IMG/VR virus record: IMGVR_UViG_3300008516_000159
Origin: a virus
Direction: 5' to 3' (one strand)
Length of the DNA stretch: 64,000 bases
The notes under the pieces are model-generated. The model searched no databases. It was not told the DNA's origin and was given only the letters and a program-made list of their open reading frames with translations. Below are positions 8,545-17,162 of this stretch, in pieces (within the stretch, counting starts at the first letter, position 1; every line of letters starts with the position of its first letter). Both the position numbers and the translations under genes were made by a program.

Positions 8545-9075
8545 TTACCAATCAAGTATATAGGGAGAGGGAGTATCAGCAAGAATTGAGGCACCCCTAA
8601 CGTACATCATTACTGTATCGAACGATATGCTGTCAATAATTATCCAATCTTCCCCTGACTGTTTATCGTACATAAGGGTCGGATCGTAATAGTAACCATC
8701 ATAATAACTAACAGCGTGTAATCCGTCCCCCCAGTAATCCATAGCTAACAAAGAACACTTTACATCAAAGTAGTAATACATCAGATACATGAACAAAATT
8801 ACATGATCTTCACAGTCACCAGTACCATCCTCCATGGTAAGCTGAGGATGTTGCCAATATTCCGGTATCCCCCACTTTGTTGAATCGCTTACGCCCCTGG
8901 TGTTATCATTAACCCAATTACTAAGGCTTTCGGCATCTGTGGCTATATCGGCAAGATTGGGATCAAAATATTTTAGCCGCTCGTCGTCGTCCTGCCAAAT
9001 GTCGGTTACAAAACCACATCCACATACAGAAAAAAACATGGCCATTAAGATTGAAAGAATAATAAGCTTTTTCAT
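8545..9075 (-). CDS. transglutaminase-like cysteine protease lipoprotein A (BTLCP-like)
   Basis: Lipobox SVCGC; TGDCEDHVI, LHAV, YDPT; paralogous to 7967..8503. Confidence 0.8.
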   Translation of the reverse strand: MKKLIILSILMAMFFSVCGCGFVTDIWQDDDERLKYFDPNLADIATDAESLSNWVNDNTRGVSDSTKWGIPEYWQHPQLTMEDGTGDCEDHVILFMYLMYYYFDVKCSLLAMDYWGDGLHAVSYYDGYYYDPTLMYDKQSGEDWIIIDSISFDTVMMYVRGASILADTPSPYILDW

Positions 9076-9103
9076 TTATAAACCTTTCCTAACCTTTTGT
9101 ATG

Positions 9104-9132
9104 ATTATATCATGGTTAGAAAGGTTTGTAAA
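9104..9132 (-). promoter_or_regulatory. sigma70-like promoter TTTACA-N17-TATAAT
   Basis: Near-consensus hexamers, 17-nt spacer, directly upstream of 8545..9075. Confidence 0.75.
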
Positions 9133-9149
9133 GGTGTTTGTTATATCTA

Positions 9150-9539
9150 TTAAAACTCGAATCCTACACTGACGCTGGTTACATTGTCATTAAAAAGTGG
9201 TTCGATGTCGTAGGTGGTGAGATGTTCTACTTTTACGAAAAAACGATCCAGGAATATCTTTCCACCGAAACTGTAATCCACATTGTAGATGTAAAACAGT
9301 TTATCTCCCGCGGGCTCGACTTCTGGTCCATACATATCAACCCCGAGGCCACCATATAAACCAATCTCGGTTCCTGCCAAGAAAGAAAATTTGTAGCCGA
9401 GCTCGCAATCGGCAAAAAAATCACGCGGTTGAACATTATATCCAAACTCCCCGCTGCCGAAAAAGTCAGCCATACTTATAAACGGAACAAACACGAACAA
9501 CAGAACTACTGCCAACGCTACTAATAGAATCTTCTTCAT
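9150..9539 (-). CDS. exported beta-barrel-like protein A
   Basis: Signal peptide MKKILLVALA, beta pattern, C-terminal SVGFEF. Confidence 0.7.
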   Translation of the reverse strand: MKKILLVALAVVLLFVFVPFISMADFFGSGEFGYNVQPRDFFADCELGYKFSFLAGTEIGLYGGLGVDMYGPEVEPAGDKLFYIYNVDYSFGGKIFLDRFFVKVEHLTTYDIEPLFNDNVTSVSVGFEF

Positions 9540-9563
9540 TTTTAAACCCTTTCTGCCTCAATT

Positions 9564-9881
9564 TTAATATGATACCTGCAATATCCAAATATGACCCGCT
9601 TCCGTTATTGTTAACTCCTCAGGTCCCCACGATAAAGAGCCACTAATCCCTTCTAAAGTGTGCTCTCCGACCGGTACTTCCCATTCAACACATTCGCTTG
9701 CGACAAGAGTGTCCACACATACACCGTTCAAGTGAATATCAATGCTATAGTCTGATTGATTTTCTATCTCGAGCAACCCCATTCCGGGCACCGGCTCTGG
9801 TTCCGGATCGGGTGCGCTTGGGCATCCAACAAGACCCAGCATCAAAACCATCACCAACGCTACAAATAAAATCTTCTTCAT
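9564..9881 (-). CDS. lipoprotein with small beta-sandwich (PEGA-like) domain
   Basis: Lipobox LVGC, Pro/Glu linker, IHLNG...VPVGEHTL pattern. Confidence 0.7.
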   Translation of the reverse strand: MKKILFVALVMVLMLGLVGCPSAPDPEPEPVPGMGLLEIENQSDYSIDIHLNGVCVDTLVASECVEWEVPVGEHTLEGISGSLSWGPEELTITEAGHIWILQVSY

Positions 9882-9896
9882 TTTACTACTCCTTAT

Positions 9897-10280
9897 TTAT
9901 TCATAATCAATAGATAACCACACCGACTCCATAATCCCAGAGACAGAACCAACCCAGCAAGAAGTGTCAGGCAGTTTCACAGATAATAGTAATCTACCAT
10001 CTTTTGGGGCTGCAACAATCAGATAACGCTTTCCCGCGCCGGAGGTTTTTAGCACAGGATACCTCTCTGAAGCGGGGAAAGCCCCTTCCGCGCGGACTTC
10101 ATATACTTTGGTGCCTTCGTTATACATATTTATAAATATACGATAATCGTATTCGGAATAAATCTCAAACTCCCAAACGAAGACCTTTGGCATCGCTGTG
10201 TCTGTTTCCACCGCATCTTGCGCAAAAGCAAAGCTGACTGCCATTACAAGCATCATGGCTACTAGTAAAATCGTCTTCAT
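9897..10280 (-). CDS. exported protein
   Basis: Signal peptide ending AFA-Q. Confidence 0.7.
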   Translation of the reverse strand: MKTILLVAMMLVMAVSFAFAQDAVETDTAMPKVFVWEFEIYSEYDYRIFINMYNEGTKVYEVRAEGAFPASERYPVLKTSGAGKRYLIVAAPKDGRLLLSVKLPDTSCWVGSVSGIMESVWLSIDYE

Positions 10281-10295
10281 TTTTTAACTCCTTAT

Positions 10296-10715
10296 TTATT
10301 CCAAAACTACTTTAGTTACACTCAGAAGTAAAATATTTTCGATCTCGCGAGACTCAGTCATATAATACGATCCATAGTATTGCCCACCGCGGGGAGCAAC
10401 AACCTTATCCGACACAGTCACATCCTGTCGCTCGCACAGTATTAATTGTTTACCCTGGGTATTCATATATGCATAACTATATTCTATGGTCCAACCCACT
10501 ACCACACTTTTGCCCTTGTTAGTTAAAATATAGTCTACTGTGACCCAGTTCTCAACCTGTTTCCAATCTTGTAGTTCAACTTCAACAGGAGACATTATGC
10601 CCTGTTTATTATAAACAACCTCAGGTCTAGAATGATATATGAGCATAATAGATACTGCGCTCATCAGAATAATACCAAACACAACCCAGAAAATATTCTT
10701 ACAAAAATTTTTCAT
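10296..10715 (-). CDS. membrane-anchored beta-rich protein
   Basis: N-terminal TM helix, beta-rich C-terminal domain. Confidence 0.7.
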   Translation of the reverse strand: MKNFCKNIFWVVFGIILMSAVSIMLIYHSRPEVVYNKQGIMSPVEVELQDWKQVENWVTVDYILTNKGKSVVVGWTIEYSYAYMNTQGKQLILCERQDVTVSDKVVAPRGGQYYGSYYMTESREIENILLLSVTKVVLE

Positions 10716-10728
10716 CTTTAAATCCTTT

Positions 10729-11259
10729 CTACCTCAAAATTTTAATATGATACCTGTTGTTATCAAAGTAAAACTGCGCCCCTCCGACGATTTTAAAATC
10801 TGTTACCGGAACCTTGAAAAGAACCAGGCGTTTATCGTCGTGAGCGTATTCTTCCGGCATATGCCATCCCGAAGCGTACGCGTCTTCATTCGGCAGCTGC
10901 TCATGTAGGGTATATGAATCATGGTCGGGTGTTTCTATGATGTATATATCATAGGTCATGGTATCATAATCGCGTAAATACTTGCCGAACACCGTTCGAT
11001 AATCCAAATAATCTTCCTCACCTTCGATAAACATGTCGTTTCGAGGATGAAGCCACACTTTGCAAAAAATAGTATCCCTAATAAACTTCTCGTTATATAT
11101 AGAGTCCTGCCAGGTGTATAAAGCCTTGCCATCCTTGGTACAAAGATTATCCTCTCTGAAACTTTCAAGGTGATGTTTAAGTTTTATTTCGGTTGGGATC
11201 AATCCGCAAGCCATTATCGATCCGCGATTGTGAGTTGGAGATATATGAACTACTTTCAT
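10729..11259 (-). CDS. hypothetical protein, possible ADP-ribosyltransferase fold
   Basis: N-terminal VHISPTHNRGSIMACGLIP resembles the H-x-[ST]...N..SI...GL start of ART-fold proteins. Confidence 0.45.
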   Translation of the reverse strand: MKVVHISPTHNRGSIMACGLIPTEIKLKHHLESFREDNLCTKDGKALYTWQDSIYNEKFIRDTIFCKVWLHPRNDMFIEGEEDYLDYRTVFGKYLRDYDTMTYDIYIIETPDHDSYTLHEQLPNEDAYASGWHMPEEYAHDDKRLVLFKVPVTDFKIVGGAQFYFDNNRYHIKILR

Positions 11260-11278
11260 TTAATTACTCTAAGTGGCT

Positions 11279-11644
11279 CTATTTGCACATTCTACTGTCA
11301 AAACCAACGGTAACAACACCGCCTCCTTTAGTTATCAAGTCAGCGTAGTCTCCCACATATTCAAGCTTTAGCTCAAAGTATCCAAACTCAACAGCAAGTC
11401 CAAAGGTGTAAAGCAACAGTTCGGATTGGAAGCTGAACTCCCCACGATAGTCTGAAAAGTATTCAACACCTCCAAAAAGGTTAAATCTGGCGTCGTCAGC
11501 GTCCAGATATAAACCGGTTTGCATTCCCATACCGTAGATATTATTTTCAATGTCGTAGCTCATTTTTGTTGCGGACCAAGGTTCAACAGCAAGCAACGAG
11601 CCTGGAACGATAACAAGCAACAGTATTAGTAATAGTTTCTTCAT
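11279..11644 (-). CDS. exported beta-barrel-like protein C
   Basis: Start adjusted to MKKLLLIL; signal peptide, beta pattern, ends VTVGFD. Confidence 0.6.
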   Translation of the reverse strand: MKKLLLILLLVIVPGSLLAVEPWSATKMSYDIENNIYGMGMQTGLYLDADDARFNLFGGVEYFSDYRGEFSFQSELLLYTFGLAVEFGYFELKLEYVGDYADLITKGGGVVTVGFDSRMCK

Positions 11645-11667
11645 CTTATTTCTCCTGTAATTGTTTG

Positions 11668-12150
11668 TCAATCCAAAGGAATCAGCGCATATCTTTTATA
11701 CTTGGCGTGATCGTGCGCATCTTTCCCGTTTTTGCTCAAGTCTCTGTATAGTGTTATTATTTTCATATCCGGATACTTTTTCTTGATCTCATTTAAGGCG
11801 GTAGCCTTGTCGTTTCTTCCTAGGAGTTGAGTTTTAAAATAAGCATTTGGTTTTAACTCCATCAGCTTCATCTTACCATTGTAGCCGTCGACTCGGCCGA
11901 AATTAGTTATAACACTAAATCGCTGGTAACCATCTTCGAAATATAGGTTAAAAGTAGTGTGGCAATCTCTACAGGTCAATAACCGTCTGGCGGTGAGATC
12001 GGTTGAGTGACACTCAGGACACTCAATGTAATATAAATCGCCGTCACGATTGACAACAGAGATGTCTTGATGTTGGCCGTAGCCTTCGATTTCTTTGATG
12101 ATATCTAAATCTTGTTTTGTTGATTCTTCATTGTCTTGTGTATCTGACAT
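11668..12150 (-). CDS. Zn-ribbon protein
   Basis: CPECH...CRDCH; AGGAG RBS. Confidence 0.7.
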   Translation of the reverse strand: MSDTQDNEESTKQDLDIIKEIEGYGQHQDISVVNRDGDLYYIECPECHSTDLTARRLLTCRDCHTTFNLYFEDGYQRFSVITNFGRVDGYNGKMKLMELKPNAYFKTQLLGRNDKATALNEIKKKYPDMKIITLYRDLSKNGKDAHDHAKYKRYALIPLD

Positions 12151-12169
12151 GTTAGCTCCTTGAAAATAT

Positions 12170-13486
12170 TTAATCCACTCTTTTAAGCCGCGCTAAAAAA
12201 TGTCTTAATGTTGGAGGACTCGATACAATCTTGAGACCTTTTATTTCGTGCCGCCTCTTGAAAACTTTTTGAACCGCATCAGCAACATAATCCATATGGC
12301 GGTCCGTATAAACTCTCCTTGGAATGGCCAACCTAAGCAGTTCTGTGTTTGTGTTTTCAAAAGCAAGATTCCCCAACCCAACACCTCTTACTCCTGATTC
12401 TATATACAACTCTACAGCCAGAGCTTCAGCAGGAAACTGCTCTCGGGGAATGTGGGTAAAAAACGAAACGGCATCTATGAAAACAGCATGACCTCCAACT
12501 ATAGTTTTAATGCCCACGCTATCTAATCGGTCTCCTAAATATTCGACTTGTCTTACTCGGTCTGCTATATAATCATCGCCCGTCATCTCTTTTAATCCAA
12601 CTGATATTGCCTCAATATCGCGACCAGACATGCCACCATAACTAACGAAGCCTTCGTATAATATCAAGTTAGGCAAGATTTTTTCATAGAGATTTTTATC
12701 TCTCAAAGCGATGAGTCCGCCCATGGATACAATAGCGTCTTTCTTTAAACTAAAGGTACATCCATCTGCGTAAGAGAATTGCTCTTTTATAATTTGCGCT
12801 ATCGTTTTGTCGTTATATTCTCTTTGTTGAACAAAGTAAGCGTTTTCTGCGCATCGAGCAGCATCAAAGAAAACAGGTAGGTTATATTTATCGGCAATAT
12901 TTCTTACTGCGCGCATATTTTGTATTGAAACTGGCCGCCCGCCTCCACTATTATTGGTAATCGTAAGCATAATGAATGGAATTCTGATCGTCTCATAAAA
13001 ATTTATCGTTTGTTCTAACTTGTTTATATCGACATTGCCCCTGAAGGGGTGATTGTCTTCACAATCAATCAAGCAGCTTTTAAAGCTAGCACCAGCGTTC
13101 GCTATGTGTGCAGCTGTTGTATCGAAAGGCTGGTTAAAAAGTATTACATCTCCTTTGTTTACTAAAGCTTTAAAAAGCAGGTGCTCTGCCGCTCGACCTT
13201 GATGACATGGAATTGTGTATTCAAAACCGAGCGTTTCCATAACTACTTTTTTGAGTTTTTCAAAGCTTCGAGATCCTGCATATGATTCGTCTCCGAGCAT
13301 CATTGCGCTCCACTGTCGATCTGACATGGCATTTGTTCCGCTGTCGGTTAAAAGATCGATATAGACATCATCAGATTTCAAGTTAAAGACATTATAATGG
13401 GCTTTTACGATTGCTGCTATTCTTTCGCTTTTGCTCACTAATTTGATGGGCTCTATTACTTTAATCTTCCAGGGTTCTGGTAACAT
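12170..13486 (-). CDS. tnaA: Tryptophanase (beta-eliminating lyase, PLP-dependent)
   Basis: IDLLTDSGT, GDESYAGS, HQGRAAE, FDTT, FDAAR, SLKKD PLP lysine, YGGMSGRD, RLAIPRRVYT, LRHFLARL. Confidence 0.9.
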   Translation of the reverse strand: MLPEPWKIKVIEPIKLVSKSERIAAIVKAHYNVFNLKSDDVYIDLLTDSGTNAMSDRQWSAMMLGDESYAGSRSFEKLKKVVMETLGFEYTIPCHQGRAAEHLLFKALVNKGDVILFNQPFDTTAAHIANAGASFKSCLIDCEDNHPFRGNVDINKLEQTINFYETIRIPFIMLTITNNSGGGRPVSIQNMRAVRNIADKYNLPVFFDAARCAENAYFVQQREYNDKTIAQIIKEQFSYADGCTFSLKKDAIVSMGGLIALRDKNLYEKILPNLILYEGFVSYGGMSGRDIEAISVGLKEMTGDDYIADRVRQVEYLGDRLDSVGIKTIVGGHAVFIDAVSFFTHIPREQFPAEALAVELYIESGVRGVGLGNLAFENTNTELLRLAIPRRVYTDRHMDYVADAVQKVFKRRHEIKGLKIVSSPPTLRHFLARLKRVD

Positions 13487-13565
13487 TGGTATTCAGCTCC
13501 AAATAATGTATCTAGATATATCTATGTCTCAGCCGGTAAGGTTGTTCGGTGAGGAGGTCTTAGGT

Positions 13566-14042
13566 TCATGATGCTTCTCTATTGTGGATTTTATCATGGC
13601 AATCTGCGCAAACTACAACTAGATCCTTCGAAGATTCTTCACCACGAGACCTATAATTTTCATGGTGAACAACCAAAGCCTGTTTCCCACCACACAATTG
13701 ACATTTGTACAATACGCGATGTAGCTCACGCCACCTGATATCATCCCAGTGCTCAGTAAACAAATAATCTTTATAGGGCATTGATTTAAGTAATCTTATA
13801 TTACGTGTTGTTGTTGTGTCGTAGCACATTTGACATAAAGTCATCGAGATGGCTCGTCTGCTCCTGTGGTTACCCCACGTTCTTTCGCTGCAATAATAGA
13901 TTAAATTCCCAGTATTGCCGCAGCGGTTACACCGTGTCTGCTTGGTCGTTTCATTTTTCTGTTTTTCTTGGTGATTAATGACCGCCAGCTTAATGAGCCC
14001 TATAACTACAATTATAATAAATATTACAAAAAGCCCTGCCAT
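13566..14042 (-). CDS. membrane-anchored Zn/HNH-motif protein
   Basis: N-terminal TM, two CxxC pairs, then CQLCG...VVHH.NY...DLVVVCADCHDKIH. Confidence 0.7.
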   Translation of the reverse strand: MAGLFVIFIIIVVIGLIKLAVINHQEKQKNETTKQTRCNRCGNTGNLIYYCSERTWGNHRSRRAISMTLCQMCYDTTTTRNIRLLKSMPYKDYLFTEHWDDIRWRELHRVLYKCQLCGGKQALVVHHENYRSRGEESSKDLVVVCADCHDKIHNREAS

Positions 14043-14096
14043 TATATCCAGCCTTTTATCTTATGTTTGATCAGAGTGACGGCCGCCATGTTTCTT

Positions 14097-14369
14097 TTAT
14101 CCGCAGAAAAAGATATTGGCAATTGTAGCTATCAAAATAATAGCTGTCATTATGGTTATCAATTTTGTGCATTTACACACTGCGTTTGTGCATCTAAGCA
14201 TTTTATCTGTGCACTTGAGCATTGCGTTAGAAATTTTAGCATTGTCGCGGCGATATATTTCATTTAGATAGTGTTTTGTTCCAACTTGTGTGCTTTGTGC
14301 GTGTTCGTCGTGTTTTGATATTAATTGTTCATAAGATAACGATCTAAGATCTTTCAATCTTTCAGACAT
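14097..14369 (-). CDS. hypothetical protein with C-terminal TM
   Basis: 90 aa ORF, GGAG RBS. Confidence 0.65.
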   Translation of the reverse strand: MSERLKDLRSLSYEQLISKHDEHAQSTQVGTKHYLNEIYRRDNAKISNAMLKCTDKMLRCTNAVCKCTKLITIMTAIILIATIANIFFCG

Positions 14370-14418
14370 TAAAAATCTCCTTTTTTTTTATATACCATAA
14401 GGTAAGTTAGAGGCCCCT

Positions 14419-15309
14419 ATGAAATCACTACTTTATATATGCCTTGTTGTTATGCTGGCAATTTTAGTCAGCTGTACCTCCATCCAAACCCAGAACTATA
14501 GCTCTCTGCTTGAGACAGCACAAACCAACGCAGAAATGATCGATAAGATCCTGGAAGAAAACTATAAACTAGAGATTGACATTCTCATAGAAGAAATCGT
14601 ATTAGACGAACGTGATTTGTACGACGTGTTCCTGAACCGCGAAGAGAGTTATATCACCAAATTAGAAACAACAACCCTTATGTTGGAAACCATTTATACG
14701 GCAAGAGTGGCGCTGGCAAACTACAACGCACTTACTATTAATTATATACAACTGTTATCTGCGCTATCTGGGGCTGTGGTAAATCAAGAGAGTTTCACCG
14801 AACTAGCCAAGATTATAGACAACACTTCCGATTCAATAGTGTCTGAGTTACGCGTGGCGTTACCAGCCGAAATCATACCAGTTTTGAGTTTATCCGGAAC
14901 AGAGATAGCCAGGCTGTTGGTAGAGCGGCAACGCAAAAAACTACTGGTAGAAGTCCTAGAAGGCAACCAGCCGGTCATAGAAGCATACAGCTTACAGTGT
15001 ATAAAAATCGTAGATAAGATCGAACTAGGGTTGTATCACACCTACAGCAAGTTGTTCGCCAAACTGGAAGAAGAATTATACAATGAAGAAAGACTGGATG
15101 CCAGGCGGGATCTAATCAATATGATCATCAAACTAAACAACAGATACACCAAAAACGTAGAGGCGCTGAGAATAGTAAAAGAAATATACGCCAGCTTGCC
15201 AGAGGTTCACGCGTCACTTAGTGAGTTGAAATACAACAAAGCCATAAGAGCCTTTGTCAAATACGGATCTCAATTACAAAAAGCATATAACGAAATATCT
15301 GGAGGATAA
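14419..15309 (+). CDS. alpha-helical lipoprotein
   Basis: Lipobox LVSC; 296 aa helical or coiled-coil; opposite strand to surroundings. Confidence 0.75.
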   Translation: MKSLLYICLVVMLAILVSCTSIQTQNYSSLLETAQTNAEMIDKILEENYKLEIDILIEEIVLDERDLYDVFLNREESYITKLETTTLMLETIYTARVALANYNALTINYIQLLSALSGAVVNQESFTELAKIIDNTSDSIVSELRVALPAEIIPVLSLSGTEIARLLVERQRKKLLVEVLEGNQPVIEAYSLQCIKIVDKIELGLYHTYSKLFAKLEEELYNEERLDARRDLINMIIKLNNRYTKNVEALRIVKEIYASLPEVHASLSELKYNKAIRAFVKYGSQLQKAYNEISGG

Positions 15310-15310
15310 A

Positions 15311-15643
15311 GTGTCAGATGATATATTAAACGCCTTACAAACATCCTTGACTGAGATGCGAGCTCAGTACCGCAAGATCCGCGGGAGACCAGAGGCCGCA
15401 GAAGTCAAGCTTAAAATACGAGAGCTCGAAAAACACTTTGAAACGATTCTTCTGTCGGATATGAAGCGCTTGGGCAAGAATACAGAATTAATCGAGAACC
15501 TGAACCTTTTGATTAAAGAAACAAAGCTTGCTGTTGATAAAATGAAAAAGGTCGTAGATAGAGTGGAAAAAGTGGCAAATGTAATTGATAAGATAAATGA
15601 TGTACTGAAAATTGCCGCAGACGTAGCCAGACAGGTTTTATGA
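15311..15643 (+). CDS. alpha-helical partner protein
   Basis: GTG start after GGAGG, coupled to the upstream lipoprotein; amphipathic C-terminal helix. Confidence 0.7.
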   Translation: MSDDILNALQTSLTEMRAQYRKIRGRPEAAEVKLKIRELEKHFETILLSDMKRLGKNTELIENLNLLIKETKLAVDKMKKVVDRVEKVANVIDKINDVLKIAADVARQVL

Positions 15644-15952
15644 TATATCTAACATTTCAAATAAGGCTTCCAAGTGATCTTCTCTGACACTTCCGTTGAA
15701 TAATGTTGTATCCTCACCGTGATCGAACAAAGTAATTATAATAGACCGATGGTGTTCGCGCCAGTCGTCCTCATTGGCAGGTCCAGCATCCCATATTTGA
15801 TAATACCATTCGGAATTTTTAGGGCTAGTGAACCACCAAGTATCAGAATCCTTGGATTCTTCTTTAAACCCTCTTTTCTTTAAAAACGATGTGAACCAAT
15901 ATTCGTGGTCGTCTTTTAGGTAGGCTTTTGCTTTTCCGACTTTATCTTCCAT
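15638..15952 (-). CDS. hypothetical protein
   Basis: 104 aa ORF. Confidence 0.7.
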   Translation of the reverse strand: MEDKVGKAKAYLKDDHEYWFTSFLKKRGFKEESKDSDTWWFTSPKNSEWYYQIWDAGPANEDDWREHHRSIIITLFDHGEDTTLFNGSVREDHLEALFEMLDIS

Positions 15953-16271
15953 GCCAACTGCGGTTCTGGTAATGCTTTTTCCATCTGTCGAATCTTCTTT
16001 GACGTCTCTCTTTATGCTTTTTTTCCGCTTCTCTTATCGCTTTATAATCTATCTTTTTACAAAAAGGACACGATAAATCATCAAAGTCATCGAACAATAT
16101 CATATAGTGTAATTGCATCCTCATCCATCTGCCGCGGTTAGTTATACCTGTTCGTACCGCGTATCGTCCGAACTTTCTTATGGCCCTTTTGTTGGTGCAC
16201 CACGGCCCACTCAAGGACGCATGTTTACAACTTGTTTTATTTTTGTCATGTGGGTTTCTACACTCTTTCAT
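15942..16271 (-). CDS. hypothetical basic Cys-containing protein
   Basis: 109 aa ORF. Confidence 0.65.
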   Translation of the reverse strand: MKECRNPHDKNKTSCKHASLSGPWCTNKRAIRKFGRYAVRTGITNRGRWMRMQLHYMILFDDFDDLSCPFCKKIDYKAIREAEKKHKERRQRRFDRWKKHYQNRSWHGR

Positions 16272-16290
16272 GATATGCCTTGTGTTTATA

Positions 16291-16489
16291 TGGTGGGGCG
16301 AAGTAACAAAGAACCAGAAAAGACTTTATTTGGATTAGTCTTGAATCTTTAGTCTTTCGTGCCGCAATCGATTCTTTGGTTCTGCCTAGTGGCCAGAGGC
16401 CGGTGAGTTTTGAAAACCGTCAACGATTTAAGCCTTCAAGGAGGTATGTCCTCTAAGTAAGACTCTTCTGTGAACTTTGGCCCCGCCCC
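16291..16489 (-). ncRNA. putative structured RNA with long terminal helix and 3' ACCA
   Basis: 5' GGGGCGGGG pairs with 3' CTTCGCCCC-ACCA; further pairing CAAAG/CTTTG and CAGAAGA/TTTTCTG; no gene-like ORF in the interval. Confidence 0.5.
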
Positions 16490-16494
16490 TCGTT

Positions 16495-16929
16495 TTATTC
16501 CAGTTCTGTCTGCCAGTTTATGCTTTGAATTTCACGATCGAGTTTGCGTCTTTCGATTTCAAAAAGTTCGATTTCCTCATTGAGCCTGGTTATATCGTAG
16601 TTCCTTTCATAAACAGGTTCTTCGCGGTACATTGACGAGTGCTCCGACAGCAACGTTTTTCGGCACTGCTTGTAGAAAATCATGATTGAATCGAGAATGC
16701 GAAGCGCGTTGAGTTTTTCGGTTAGATGATCGGCGTTTGCTTTGTCGATCCTGAGGTTAAGGCTCTCGAGCATGGCTTGAAGTTCTTTGTAATCAGCGAA
16801 AAGCAAGTCCATGTCGAACGGAAGCTGAAAGCCCTGACGCGTCACCAGATTGCTTGTGATCTCCTCCTTGATGTTGTTGATCTTTTTTATAAGATCTTTT
16901 CTTTCCATGAGTGCTTCTGAAAGTTTCAT
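16495..16929 (-). CDS. DIP1984-family coiled-coil protein
   Basis: N-terminus MKLSEAL.ERKDL.KKI and C-terminus LD.EIQSINWQTEL typical of the family. Confidence 0.8.
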   Translation of the reverse strand: MKLSEALMERKDLIKKINNIKEEITSNLVTRQGFQLPFDMDLLFADYKELQAMLESLNLRIDKANADHLTEKLNALRILDSIMIFYKQCRKTLLSEHSSMYREEPVYERNYDITRLNEEIELFEIERRKLDREIQSINWQTELE

Positions 16930-16976
16930 ATACTACCTCTTCTTGGTCTGTATAATATATATGTCTCCAGGAGTAT

Positions 16977-17162
16977 TTATTTTTCCTGGCTCTTACGATA
17001 TTTCCTCATTTGTTCAACCGCATGCGGAAAAGAGCGGCACCTCGGACACACCATTCCTTCTTTGAAGAACGACCATCGTTTCTTTTTCTCTTTAAAAGCT
17101 TTTCTATCTACTATTTCCTGATAGCCACAAATCATACAGGTTAAAAAGAACTCAGTCCTCAT
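16977..17162 (-). CDS. small Zn-finger protein
   Basis: CMICG...CPRC. Confidence 0.65.
   Translation of the reverse strand: MRTEFFLTCMICGYQEIVDRKAFKEKKKRWSFFKEGMVCPRCRSFPHAVEQMRKYRKSQEK

Noticed and set aside
13487-13565. TnaC-like leader peptide upstream of tnaA
   Set aside because: No ATG-initiated Trp-containing leader in the 79-nt gap.
16291-16489. tmRNA or tRNA-Ala identity for the ACCA-ended element
   Set aside because: No G3-U70 pair, no recognisable T-arm, and too short for a tmRNA; kept only as an unknown structured RNA.
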